64,000 nt of DNA, taken from assembly GCA_902801125.1 (NCBI GenBank), contig CADCGT010000006.1, forward strand, positions 578 to 64,577. Reading direction: 5' to 3'. Below the pieces are notes generated by a model. It did not search any database, was not told where the DNA came from, and saw only the letters and a program-made list of their open reading frames with translations. Numbering within the stretch: position 1 is the first letter of the stretch; each line of letters begins with the position of its first letter. Positions 1 to 12,443 of this stretch are shown here, piece by piece. A program made the translations under genes and the position numbers. This stretch comes from an uncultured Pseudomonadota bacterium (GTDB lineage Bacteria > Pseudomonadota > Alphaproteobacteria > Rs-D84).

Positions 1-512
1 TCTGTTGTTGCGACCGATTTGGCTGTTGTGGTGGGCTTGGATTTTTCAACCGGTTTAGGGTTGTTTCCTGCACCCGCACCGGTTTTCGTTTTTTTACAAA
101 TATCGGATTTAATAGAATCTTCTTTGTGTTGTTCCATATAAAAATCATATGTTTTTCCACTGTATACCAGATACGAAACTTGTTGGCTTGCATTTCTGTC
201 ACCACAATCTCGAATGTCTGATGAATTTTCATCTAAATACTCTTTGCTTTTTTCAACCCATCCTGATTCCTCGCATTTATAATACTTAGTATCTAAATCT
301 CTGACACCAATCATTGTGTTTAAATTGCATCCTTTTGAACCGCATTCATAATGATATGTGTGATCATCATAAGTGCCAGTATGAATGCAAAAATCAGTGT
401 TTGTACAATTGGTCATAATTTCCCAACATGCATCTGCCATTGCGCCGGTGGTGCAAAGCAGAATGGGCAATAAAATCATAAGCCGAAAAATGCGCAAAAT
501 TCCCCCTTTCAT
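1..512 (-). CDS. partial (3'-truncated by window edge) secreted cysteine-rich protein; N-terminus MKGGILRIFRLMILLPILLCTTGAMA is signal-peptide-like
   Basis: My own reverse-strand translation of bases 1-512 gives an open frame starting at ATG 510-512 and running off the window. Signal peptide is followed by many Cys. Not in the ORF track, presumably because it is incomplete. Confidence 0.4.
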   Translation of the reverse strand, partial: MKGGILRIFRLMILLPILLCTTGAMADACWEIMTNCTNTDFCIHTGTYDDHTYHYECGSKGCNLNTMIGVRDLDTKYYKCEESGWVEKSKEYLDENSSDIRDCGDRNASQQVSYLVYSGKTYDFYMEQHKEDSIKSDICKKTKTGAGAGNNPKPVEKSKPTTTAKSVATT

Positions 513-600
513 AACAAAAAAATTATAAAAAATTTCCGTGCGCAGTGTCAATAAAAAATTTGGGCATCCGTTTTCGGATGCCCAACTCACTAACCACTAA

Positions 601-2676
601 TTACGCCAATGCGCCAACCGACATTGTGATACGGCGAATACCGGAACTGATAGATTTTTCTTTGTTGATTTTTGCGCGAATAATTTCGCCGGTGTTATAC
701 ACATGCGTTCCACCGCACAGTTCGCACGACACATCGCCCGCGGTTATCACGCGAACCACATCACCATACTTTTCACCGAATAATGCCATCGCGCCACGTT
801 GTTTTGCCGCCTCTATCGGCATTTCTTCATGTGCGACATTCATTTTTGCGCCTATCCATTCATTGACCATATTTTCAACTGCAATCTTTTCTTGGTCCGT
901 CATTGCGCGCCCGAACGAAAAATCAAACCGCACAGAATCCGGTGCAACGCGCGAACCGCGTTGTTCTACATCGGTGTTCAAAACCTGGCGCAATGCCGCC
1001 TGTAAAAGGTGTGTCGCGGTGTGTGCACGCGCCGTCGCCGCGCGATTTTGCATATCAACAATCGTGCGCACCGTGTCACCAACCGATATTTTTTTCGCAA
1101 CCGTTCCGCGGTGTAAAACTATGCCACCGGCACGCGCGGCCTCGGTCACGGTGACGGCAACTTCGTCGCCAATTTTTATCGTGCCCATGTCGCCAACCTG
1201 GCCGCCTTGGGTGCCATAGAAATTTGTTTTATCCAACGCGATTTCAACTTCGTCACCGGCGTCGGCCGAATCTATAAATTCACCATCGCGCAGAATCGCC
1301 AAAACCGTTGATTCCAGATTTTCATCGGGCGCATATTTTGTCGCGTCTACCGTTGCCGGTAAATCGGTCCGCGATTCCCAGAATATTTTTGTGCCACGCG
1401 TGTTTGCGCGACTGCGTTCCTTTTGCGCCGACATTTCCGCCTCGAATCCGGGGACATCGACATCTATATTTTTTTCGCGCAGAATCATTTGCGTCAAATC
1501 CAACGGAAACCCGTATGTGTCAAACAATTTGAATGCCACCGCCCCCGGTAACACATTGCCGTGAATTTTTGGTAATTCATTGTCCAACAATTTCATGCCG
1601 TTGTTCAACATATCCGCAAAAGAATTTTCTTCGTTGGTAATAATTTCCACAACATGCGCCGCGTTTGTTTTTAATTCTGGGTATGCCGCACCCATTTGTT
1701 CCACCAACGCCGGATACAGGCGTGACAACAACGCACCATTGTGCCCAAGTATTTGACCATGACGCATTGCGCGACGCAAAATACGACGAATCACATATCC
1801 GCGGTCACTGTTTGATGGAATGACGCCATCGGCAATTGCGAACCCAACCGAACGCAAATGGTCGGTTATAACCTTGAAACTGGTTCGGTTTTCCGGGGTT
1901 TCGGCAACGCCCGTCACATCGGACACCGCGCGTTTAAGGTTCACAAACAAATCGGTATCATAGTTATCAATTTTTCCCTGGAGCATGGCGGCCCAACGTT
2001 CCAACCCCGCACCCGTATCGACATTCTTGTTGGGCAACGGCGTCAGGTTTCCATTCGCGTCGCGGTCATATTGCATAAAAACATCGTTCCATATTTCAAC
2101 GAAACGACCACCGTCTTCGTCGGGCGTACCCGGCATTCCGCCCGGGACATCTTTGCCAAAATCATAGAAAATTTCACTGCACGGGCCACACGGACCGGTG
2201 TCCCCGGCCGACCACCAATTATCTTTGCCCAAACGAATTGCCTCTTTGCCGGCGACTTTGCGCCAAATTGCCGCGGCTTCGTCATCCGATTCGTGCGCCG
2301 TCACAACAAGGCGCGCCGGGTCAATTCCAATAACGCGTGTCAACAAATCCCACGACATTTCAATCGCGCCTTCCTTGAAATAGTCCCCAAAAGACCAATT
2401 CCCTAACATTTCAAAGAATGTATGATGGCGACCATCGAAACCAACATCTTCTAAATCATTATGCTTGCCCCCCGCGCGAATACATTTTTGAACATCGGCC
2501 ACGCGCGGTGCCGGTGGATTTTCCAAACCCAAAAATATATTCTTCCATGGAACCATGCCGGCAACCGTGAACAGTAATGTTGGGTCATTCGGAACAAGTG
2601 ATGCCGATGGCACAATTTTATGCCCATGCGATTCAAAATAATTCAAAAAGACTTTGCGTATTTCATCATATGTCAT
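601..2676 (-). CDS. alaS: alanyl-tRNA synthetase, short form lacking the C-Ala domain
   Basis: N-terminus MTYDEIRKVFLNYFESHGHKIVPSASLVPNDPTLLF is the class II AlaRS catalytic core. Editing-domain HxxxH (HTATHLL) and CGGTH motifs are present. The protein is 691 aa and ends right after the editing domain. Confidence 0.9.
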   Translation of the reverse strand: MTYDEIRKVFLNYFESHGHKIVPSASLVPNDPTLLFTVAGMVPWKNIFLGLENPPAPRVADVQKCIRAGGKHNDLEDVGFDGRHHTFFEMLGNWSFGDYFKEGAIEMSWDLLTRVIGIDPARLVVTAHESDDEAAAIWRKVAGKEAIRLGKDNWWSAGDTGPCGPCSEIFYDFGKDVPGGMPGTPDEDGGRFVEIWNDVFMQYDRDANGNLTPLPNKNVDTGAGLERWAAMLQGKIDNYDTDLFVNLKRAVSDVTGVAETPENRTSFKVITDHLRSVGFAIADGVIPSNSDRGYVIRRILRRAMRHGQILGHNGALLSRLYPALVEQMGAAYPELKTNAAHVVEIITNEENSFADMLNNGMKLLDNELPKIHGNVLPGAVAFKLFDTYGFPLDLTQMILREKNIDVDVPGFEAEMSAQKERSRANTRGTKIFWESRTDLPATVDATKYAPDENLESTVLAILRDGEFIDSADAGDEVEIALDKTNFYGTQGGQVGDMGTIKIGDEVAVTVTEAARAGGIVLHRGTVAKKISVGDTVRTIVDMQNRAATARAHTATHLLQAALRQVLNTDVEQRGSRVAPDSVRFDFSFGRAMTDQEKIAVENMVNEWIGAKMNVAHEEMPIEAAKQRGAMALFGEKYGDVVRVITAGDVSCELCGGTHVYNTGEIIRAKINKEKSISSGIRRITMSVGALA

Positions 2677-2718
2677 TGTTGATTTTCCTTTTTAATTTGT
2701 GCGAATTATAGAACTTTA

Positions 2719-3504
2719 TTATTTTTCCGCAACCATATTTTGCGTGTTGGAAATTTCTGTCATTTTTGTAAATTTTTTTATTGTGCTGGCAATCGTCTTT
2801 TGTAGAATTAGTCCACGCGTATCATCGCGCCCCAATTTAATTACAACAAGATTTGTCCTGTTCATATATATAGGCGACATTTCCGGATGGCGCGTGCGAA
2901 CAAAAGTATTTATTCCCGCCCAAATCAATGGTGACGCCGGAACGTGATAACGCGCATTCGTCAACAAATCATTTACATCCGGCAAAATGGTTCGCAAAAA
3001 TTCCATAAATTCAAATATGATACCCGAACGAATCAATGTGCCATTTATTTCAAAATGTGGGCCGGTTTTTCCAATCGGTGCGCCATTGGTCCATGCGGGC
3101 GAAACCTTGAACACATCGGTCACAGAATCGGAAAGCGTCGTCGCATTTTGCACAATGGCAAAAGTGTTATCACCAACATCCGGCACGGTTGCATCAATCA
3201 GGATATCGGTTGCGCCGACAAACATAATCCAATCACATGGAATTTTTTTATCGCGAATAAATTCCACCATGTCAATGTGCGATTCCAATTCGCCAAGATT
3301 TTTTTCTGGATTTATAATATAAATTTTTCCACACGGATGCAACGCGCGCACCATACGCCGCGTAAGTTTTTCGCCCGGATTATTATTATAAATAACCACA
3401 ACCGCACCGCGCGCAACGCGTCGCAGCGGCGGCAACGACACGCGCAGCGCGTCCAAATCGGTGGTCGTAATTGCGACAACAATATGTGGTTTATGCCTAA
3501 ACAT
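2719..3504 (-). CDS. hypothetical protein, possible GT-A-fold glycosyltransferase
   Basis: N-terminal IVVAITTTD...VVVIYNNNPG resembles a GT2 nucleotide-binding start, and there is a TDILID DxD-like motif. Weak. Confidence 0.3.
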   Translation of the reverse strand: MFRHKPHIVVAITTTDLDALRVSLPPLRRVARGAVVVIYNNNPGEKLTRRMVRALHPCGKIYIINPEKNLGELESHIDMVEFIRDKKIPCDWIMFVGATDILIDATVPDVGDNTFAIVQNATTLSDSVTDVFKVSPAWTNGAPIGKTGPHFEINGTLIRSGIIFEFMEFLRTILPDVNDLLTNARYHVPASPLIWAGINTFVRTRHPEMSPIYMNRTNLVVIKLGRDDTRGLILQKTIASTIKKFTKMTEISNTQNMVAEK

Positions 3505-3588
3505 AATTAAATTGTAAATAAAACGGACAAGAATTGCAATTGGTTAGTTTTTTATGATATAATAGTCGTATAAACGGAAAGGTAAAAT

Positions 3589-4068
3589 ATGAAAAAACAA
3601 ATGATGTCTGCGATAATAATGTTGACCATCATAGTATTGATGGCGTCATTTGATTTTTCTTTGGATGGTTCGCCACCAATAAATTTGCCGGCCGACATAC
3701 GCGGAAATGCACTGTTTGTGTGTCCGGCGGCAAGTCCGTTTTGGGACGCGATTGCGGCGGGTTTTTCATTCTTTGCGCGGTATGTTTTAATGGGGTTCTT
3801 TTTCGCGACAATTATATTGGCGTTTATGTGGGGATGGGCGTTGTATCAAAACCTGTTGAAAGATTCGTTTAACAAAGACGCGTTTTCTAAACCATGGGGA
3901 TTTACCAAGTTATTATTCTGGGCGGGTGTAATTTTATTGATTATATTTAACACACCGAATCGTTATCGCCGGGTTGATGTGACGGGGAAAACCGGGGATT
4001 ATGTTTTGTGCGAAAATACCACGCCGGGGGCGGTGGCCGTGCGCAGTGATTTAGTTCATTCAAAATAG
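3589..4068 (+). CDS. hypothetical membrane protein (3 predicted TM segments)
   Basis: Hydrophobic segments LTIIVLMASF, GFFFATIILAFMWGWALY and LLFWAGVILLIIF. No recognisable motif. Confidence 0.4.
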   Translation: MKKQMMSAIIMLTIIVLMASFDFSLDGSPPINLPADIRGNALFVCPAASPFWDAIAAGFSFFARYVLMGFFFATIILAFMWGWALYQNLLKDSFNKDAFSKPWGFTKLLFWAGVILLIIFNTPNRYRRVDVTGKTGDYVLCENTTPGAVAVRSDLVHSK

Positions 4069-4269
4069 CAAAAATAAAAAAAATTTCGATTCTTGCAAAT
4101 ACATCTTGACTTAAATGGCGGAATTCTCTACGATTCGTTTAGGCAACACAGGCAATGCCCACGGAAATGGTTCGATTTGGAAATCGAATTGAACAAAACA
4201 AATGGTTTCTGAGGGCATTGCCATGTGATGCTGGGACACCTTTAAATAAATTTATGAAAGGAGAAATAA

Positions 4270-4542
4270 ATGAACAAACAACAATTGATTGAAGCAATCG
4301 CAAACGAAGTAGATGTGACCAAAGCAACCGCTGCGGCATGCCTGGACGCATTTATCAACACCGTCACCAAAGTTCTTAAAAAGAAAGGCGACGTTCGTTT
4401 GGTCGGTTTTGGAACATTCACAACCGCAAAACGCAAAGCCACCACTGGCCGCAACCCGCAAACGGGTGCTGCGATTAAGATTCCGGCATCGACCCAGCCG
4501 AAATTTAAACCTGGCAAGGCTTTGAAAGACGCTTTGAATTAA
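4270..4542 (+). CDS. hupB: HU/IHF-family nucleoid DNA-binding protein
   Basis: MNKQQLIEAIANE...GFGTFTTAKRKATTGRNPQTGAAIKIPA is the canonical HU fold sequence. RBS is AAAGGAGAAATAA ATG. Confidence 0.9.
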   Translation: MNKQQLIEAIANEVDVTKATAAACLDAFINTVTKVLKKKGDVRLVGFGTFTTAKRKATTGRNPQTGAAIKIPASTQPKFKPGKALKDALN

Positions 4543-4566
4543 ACAACTGTTTAATTTGTGTCCGAA

Positions 4567-4594
4567 CACCGCCCAACTTGGGCGGTGTTTTTTT
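4567..4594 (+). terminator. rho-independent terminator after hupB
   Basis: Hairpin CACCGCCCAACTTGGGCGGTG followed by TTTTTTT. Confidence 0.8.
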
Positions 4595-4649
4595 AGGTAC
4601 AATCTGGTGACGCCACGTACCAATTAAACTATTATCATTTTCATAAATT

Positions 4650-4679
4650 AAAATCCCCGTGAAATACACGGGGATTTTT
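4650..4679. terminator. bidirectional terminator hairpin downstream of the adhesin gene
   Basis: AAAA-CCCCGTG-aaata-CACGGGG-TTTTT; an A-run and a T-run flank a 7-bp GC stem. Confidence 0.7.
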
Positions 4680-4695
4680 GTATCCATGGGCGTCA

Positions 4696-6387
4696 TTAGA
4701 ACAATTTGAATTTATAATTTGTTCCTGCACGGATTGCAAATTGGGTTTTGTCACCCGTTGCAACACCGGCGCCGGCATTGACCGACCAATTGTCAGACAA
4801 CCCCATTGTGGCCCCAAATGCGACCGCAGATTGGTCATTGTAATAACCATATCCACCGCCGACCGATACTTCGCCACGTTTAACATTTGACACAGACACA
4901 GCCGACAAAGCGGTTGCCGCCGCAACACCGCCGGACACATTCTTTTCAAGTGTATCAACCTTTTTGTCGGTGTATGCGTTTGCGCGCGCCAATGTTTCGG
5001 CATTTGCCGACGCAAATTCATTGCGCAGTGCATCTTCGGCCGCGGTTGCGCGCCCTGCTTCGGCTTCAATTGCATCTTGCAATTCTTGGTCCGCAGATTC
5101 ACGCGCCGTCTTTTCGGTATCGATTTTGCCATCGGTGTATCCGTTCGCCTCGTCTATTGCTTCGCCTTTGGCCGTTGCAATCGCTTCATTGCGCGCTTCC
5201 ACTTCGGCATCGATTTTTTCATTTGTATATGCGTTCGCGTTTTGTTCCGCGGTGTCCGCCGAACCAGCCTCGTCATAATTAGACGCCAAACCGTCCGCAT
5301 ACTCTTGGGCGGCTTGTTCCGTTGCATCCAACGCGTTCTTGATATCACCATCCGCGATTGAAGCGGCAATCGCATCGTTCGCGCCATCCGTAATGGTTGT
5401 TGTAATTGGTGCATCATATACCGCCAATGCATCATTGCGGGCACCGTCGTTGGCATCGTATGCCGATACCGCCGCCGCTTGTGCTTCCTGGGCATCGGTC
5501 AACAAAGTCAATGCATCCGTATAAGTTCCATAATTTGTGGTCAGGGTATCAATTGTACCAGCGTCCGTATTATAAACCGTATTGGCATTATCAAATGCGG
5601 TCACTTCGGCCGCCGCATAACCATCAACGGTTGTTTTTGCCGTCGTAATTGCGGCAGAATCAGCCACAAATGCCGCAACCATTTCATTGCACGCGGTTTC
5701 AAGTGCCGTTCCGGCATCTGGGGTGACAACAATATTATTCGCATCAACAACGCCATCACCAGATGCATTTACATGGTAAACTGCACCGGTATCTGGGTCT
5801 GTATAGGAATACATATCACCGGTTAATGTGGGGGCCGCAGAACCGTCTGTGACATCAACAGATTCCGTGTTTGCATATGTGGCATTCAAAGCAACTGTTT
5901 CAGTAAATGATTGTGCCATATCACCCAAAGTCACGGTTTCACCCGCACCATTAACATATTGGTAATTGTCGCGTGAAATTTGTTCGTCTGCGGCGATTGT
6001 TTGATTTGATATAACGTTTGTTCCGTCCGCCACGCTTGCGCCGCTAAAATCACCCGCCGTTAAATCCGTCCCGGATGTCAAATCCGCCTGATTGCCTTCG
6101 GCGTTGGTATATGTAAAATCTGTCAAATCCGGGTCTGTGGACTGATTTGCCACATTAACGGTATCGCCATTTGAATTTACATATTGATACCCTACACCTG
6201 CGACGGCATCATCAACATTTACAATATCGCCACTGGCGTTTGTATAATTGCCGGCAAATGTGACATCTGTGTTTGCATTGGCCACAGAAGTGCTTAATGC
6301 GATAACACCCGCCAAGAATGCGTGGCGCAATACCGCACGATACTGGGCCGACAATTCTTTGATTGTTGTTTTGGATTGTCTTATCAT
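4696..6387 (-). CDS. trimeric autotransporter adhesin (YadA-like)
   Basis: Signal-peptide-like N-terminus. Long Ala/Thr/Asp-rich stalk with coiled-coil neck (NANAYTNEKIDAEVEARNEAIATAKGEA...). C-terminal about 70-aa YadA-type membrane anchor ending ...AIRAGTNYKFKLF. SD AAGGGA upstream. Confidence 0.8.
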   Translation of the reverse strand: MIRQSKTTIKELSAQYRAVLRHAFLAGVIALSTSVANANTDVTFAGNYTNASGDIVNVDDAVAGVGYQYVNSNGDTVNVANQSTDPDLTDFTYTNAEGNQADLTSGTDLTAGDFSGASVADGTNVISNQTIAADEQISRDNYQYVNGAGETVTLGDMAQSFTETVALNATYANTESVDVTDGSAAPTLTGDMYSYTDPDTGAVYHVNASGDGVVDANNIVVTPDAGTALETACNEMVAAFVADSAAITTAKTTVDGYAAAEVTAFDNANTVYNTDAGTIDTLTTNYGTYTDALTLLTDAQEAQAAAVSAYDANDGARNDALAVYDAPITTTITDGANDAIAASIADGDIKNALDATEQAAQEYADGLASNYDEAGSADTAEQNANAYTNEKIDAEVEARNEAIATAKGEAIDEANGYTDGKIDTEKTARESADQELQDAIEAEAGRATAAEDALRNEFASANAETLARANAYTDKKVDTLEKNVSGGVAAATALSAVSVSNVKRGEVSVGGGYGYYNDQSAVAFGATMGLSDNWSVNAGAGVATGDKTQFAIRAGTNYKFKLF

Positions 6388-6456
6388 GATTTTTTCCCTT
6401 TTGTTTGTTTAACGTTAATCCCGAAAAGGCCTTTCCTTTTGGAACATGAATAAATG

Positions 6457-6480
6457 GTAAAAAAACCTAGGTTTTTTTAC
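6457..6480. promoter_or_regulatory. hix/gix-like serine-invertase crossover site 1 (perfect 24-bp palindrome GTAAAAAAACCTAGGTTTTTTTAC)
   Basis: Compared from memory with Hin hixL TTCTTGAAAACCAAGGTTTTTGATAA and Gin gix sites: an A/T-rich arm, then AAACC, a central dinucleotide, then GGTTT. Confidence 0.6.
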
Positions 6481-6561
6481 GCCTGGTTTGGCAAAATTTG
6501 CGAATTTTATTACCCATTGTTTTTACTGTAAAAAAAATTTTTCATTTTTTGAAAAAAGTGG

Positions 6562-6567
6562 TTGACA
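6562..6567 (+). promoter_or_regulatory. candidate -35 hexamer TTGACA located just inside the putative invertible segment
   Basis: A consensus TTGACA abuts site 2, and a TAnnnT-like -10 lies across the site (TATACC) at 17-18 bp spacing. By palindrome symmetry an equivalent -10 (TACCAT on the minus strand) lies across site 1 facing the adhesin gene. Confidence 0.35.
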
Positions 6568-6588
6568 ATAAACCTAGGTTTTTTCTAT
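6564..6588. promoter_or_regulatory. hix/gix-like crossover site 2 (AATAAACCTAGGTTTTTTCTATA)
   Basis: Second copy of the AAACCTAGGTTT core, 107 bp centre-to-centre from site 1, immediately upstream of the recombinase gene. Confidence 0.55.
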
Positions 6589-6695
6589 ACCCCTTGAAAA
6601 CCGTCAACCCCGGTACTACATTGTGTTTGAAGTATGGGCGCCGTTTTTTTCGGTGCCTGTTTTTTTATAAATTACAGCATAAAAAGGAAACTATC

Positions 6696-7298
6696 ATGAT
6701 TTATGGTTATTGCCGCGTTTCAACCACGCATCAACACGAAGAAAACCAGCATTTTGTAATAGAAAAATTCGCACGAAAAAATAATTTGACGGTTGATATG
6801 TGGATAGAAGAAAAAATTTCAAGCGGAAAAAGATTAAAAGACCGCAAATTGGGCGCACTGTTAAACGAATTGAAATCTGGCGATATACTTATCACAACCG
6901 AAATATCCCGCCTTGGGCGCAGTTTGTTGGAAGTAATGGGAATTTTACAGATGTGCCTTGAACGCGATTGCCAGGTATGGACACTTAAAGAAAATTTTAG
7001 GCTTGGGACCGATATTCAATCAAAAGTTTTGGCGTTCGCGTTCGGACTGTCGGCGGAATTGTCGCGGTCACTGTTGCGGGAACGGGTGCGCGAAAGCCTT
7101 GCGCGGTTAAAGGCGGGTGGTAAAAAACTTGGCCGGCCAATCGGCGCACAATCGCGCGTATTAAAACTTACCAGGAATCAAAAGCGCGTCGCCCTGTTGA
7201 TGGCCCAAGGCGTAACAAAAACCGAAATCGCACGAATTATGCGTGTGCACAAGGTCACACTTTATAAATACCTAAGGAGCATGGGCCTTATGGAATAA
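6696..7298 (+). CDS. serine recombinase, DNA invertase/resolvase family (Hin/Gin/Pin-like)
   Basis: MIYGYCRVSTTHQ carries the catalytic Ser in the YxRVST motif. About 200 aa with a C-terminal HTH (GVTKTEIARIMRVHKVTLYKYL). Start chosen at the internal ATG 6696 of ORF 6498..7298. Confidence 0.85.
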   Translation: MIYGYCRVSTTHQHEENQHFVIEKFARKNNLTVDMWIEEKISSGKRLKDRKLGALLNELKSGDILITTEISRLGRSLLEVMGILQMCLERDCQVWTLKENFRLGTDIQSKVLAFAFGLSAELSRSLLRERVRESLARLKAGGKKLGRPIGAQSRVLKLTRNQKRVALLMAQGVTKTEIARIMRVHKVTLYKYLRSMGLME

Positions 7299-7312
7299 AT
7301 TATTCAAATAAA

Positions 7313-11499
<4,187 letters not shown>

Positions 11500-11502
11500 A
11501 AA

Positions 11503-11967
11503 TTATGGGATAACATTACCGAATATTCCGGCACGAACCGTTACTGCGGTTCCTGTGAGGGCCGATGCACAACGTTGGGCGCAAATTTTACCACATGATG
11601 CACCACCAGTGGCAGATACATACTGTCCATTAATCCAATATGTTTCGACCGGCAACAGCATTTTACACCCGCACATTACCCCGCTCGTCCCAGTACCGTT
11701 AATATTTACCGCTGACTGATTTTTTGATTTGACCCCTACATCAGTGGTGCTGGTTCCAAGTGACTGCCACGCACCGCATCCGGCGATACCACTTATTGTG
11801 CCAAATGAAAATGTTGCCGACCATGTACGCGCATCATTATCATACGATGTGGATGTGGGCGCAATATTTGGGTCCAACACAACCAACAAAGTGTCGTTTT
11901 TTACACACATATTTGCCGCATGTGCGGTCAGTGGCAATACAATCAATAACAATAATAATTTTTTCAT
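11503..11967 (-). CDS. secreted cysteine-rich protein (paralog A)
   Basis: Signal peptide MKKLLLLLIVLPLTAHA. Mature part starts MCVK and contains CGC and CxxxC motifs. Confidence 0.6.
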   Translation of the reverse strand: MKKLLLLLIVLPLTAHAANMCVKNDTLLVVLDPNIAPTSTSYDNDARTWSATFSFGTISGIAGCGAWQSLGTSTTDVGVKSKNQSAVNINGTGTSGVMCGCKMLLPVETYWINGQYVSATGGASCGKICAQRCASALTGTAVTVRAGIFGNVIP

Positions 11968-11978
11968 AATTTAACCCT

Positions 11979-12443
11979 TTACCAAATTGCGTTAAACATT
12001 GCCGTGCGGAATGTGGACGATGTTTTTACATTGTTTGCACATGCGGTTGCGCACGCCGCGCCGCACGCGTCGGCGGATGCATACGCGCCCGAATATACCC
12101 AATCGGACACCAATGGTTTTTGCATAGCACACCAACAATGCGCACCCGTCATTTCGCCCGACACCGACGACACCGTGGCATCCGCCGTATTCACCGTTCC
12201 CGCAATTTCGTTACACGCGGACGCGCCCTTGACCGTGTTGGTATTAAAACTGGACGTGGGATAATCAAACGTGACAATCCATGAACCCGCATTACCGGTT
12301 TCAATCGATACCCCATCACGCGATGTTGATAATTGAACCACATACGAATTTGTATGCACGCACATACCCGTCGCAAAAGACGATAAAGGTAATAATGCAA
12401 ACAAAGCCCAAGAAACAAACCGTAACATACTATTCCACCCCAT
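11979..12443 (-). CDS. secreted cysteine-rich protein (paralog B of 11503..11967)
   Basis: Signal peptide. Mature part starts MCVH with CWC and CGAACATAC motifs. Clear positional similarity to paralog A. Confidence 0.6.
   Translation of the reverse strand: MGWNSMLRFVSWALFALLPLSSFATGMCVHTNSYVVQLSTSRDGVSIETGNAGSWIVTFDYPTSSFNTNTVKGASACNEIAGTVNTADATVSSVSGEMTGAHCWCAMQKPLVSDWVYSGAYASADACGAACATACANNVKTSSTFRTAMFNAIW

Noticed and set aside
545-1219. 224-aa plus-strand ORF
   Set aside because: It lies entirely antisense to the well-supported alaS gene. Its low-complexity Arg/Ala/Ser composition is typical of an antisense frame.
6457-6588. Alternative reading of the two palindromes as resolvase res subsites (autoregulatory operator) rather than inversion sites
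   Set aside because: Not fully rejected. The subsites are Hin-hix-like, identical in core and 107 bp apart, unlike the heterogeneous I, II and III subsites of Tn3-family res. However, the palindromic TA centre leaves the orientation undefined.
6498-6695. N-terminal 66-aa extension of the recombinase ORF
   Set aside because: The extension spans the hix-like sites and putative promoter. The conserved serine-recombinase N-terminus (MIYGYCRVST) starts at the internal ATG 6696.
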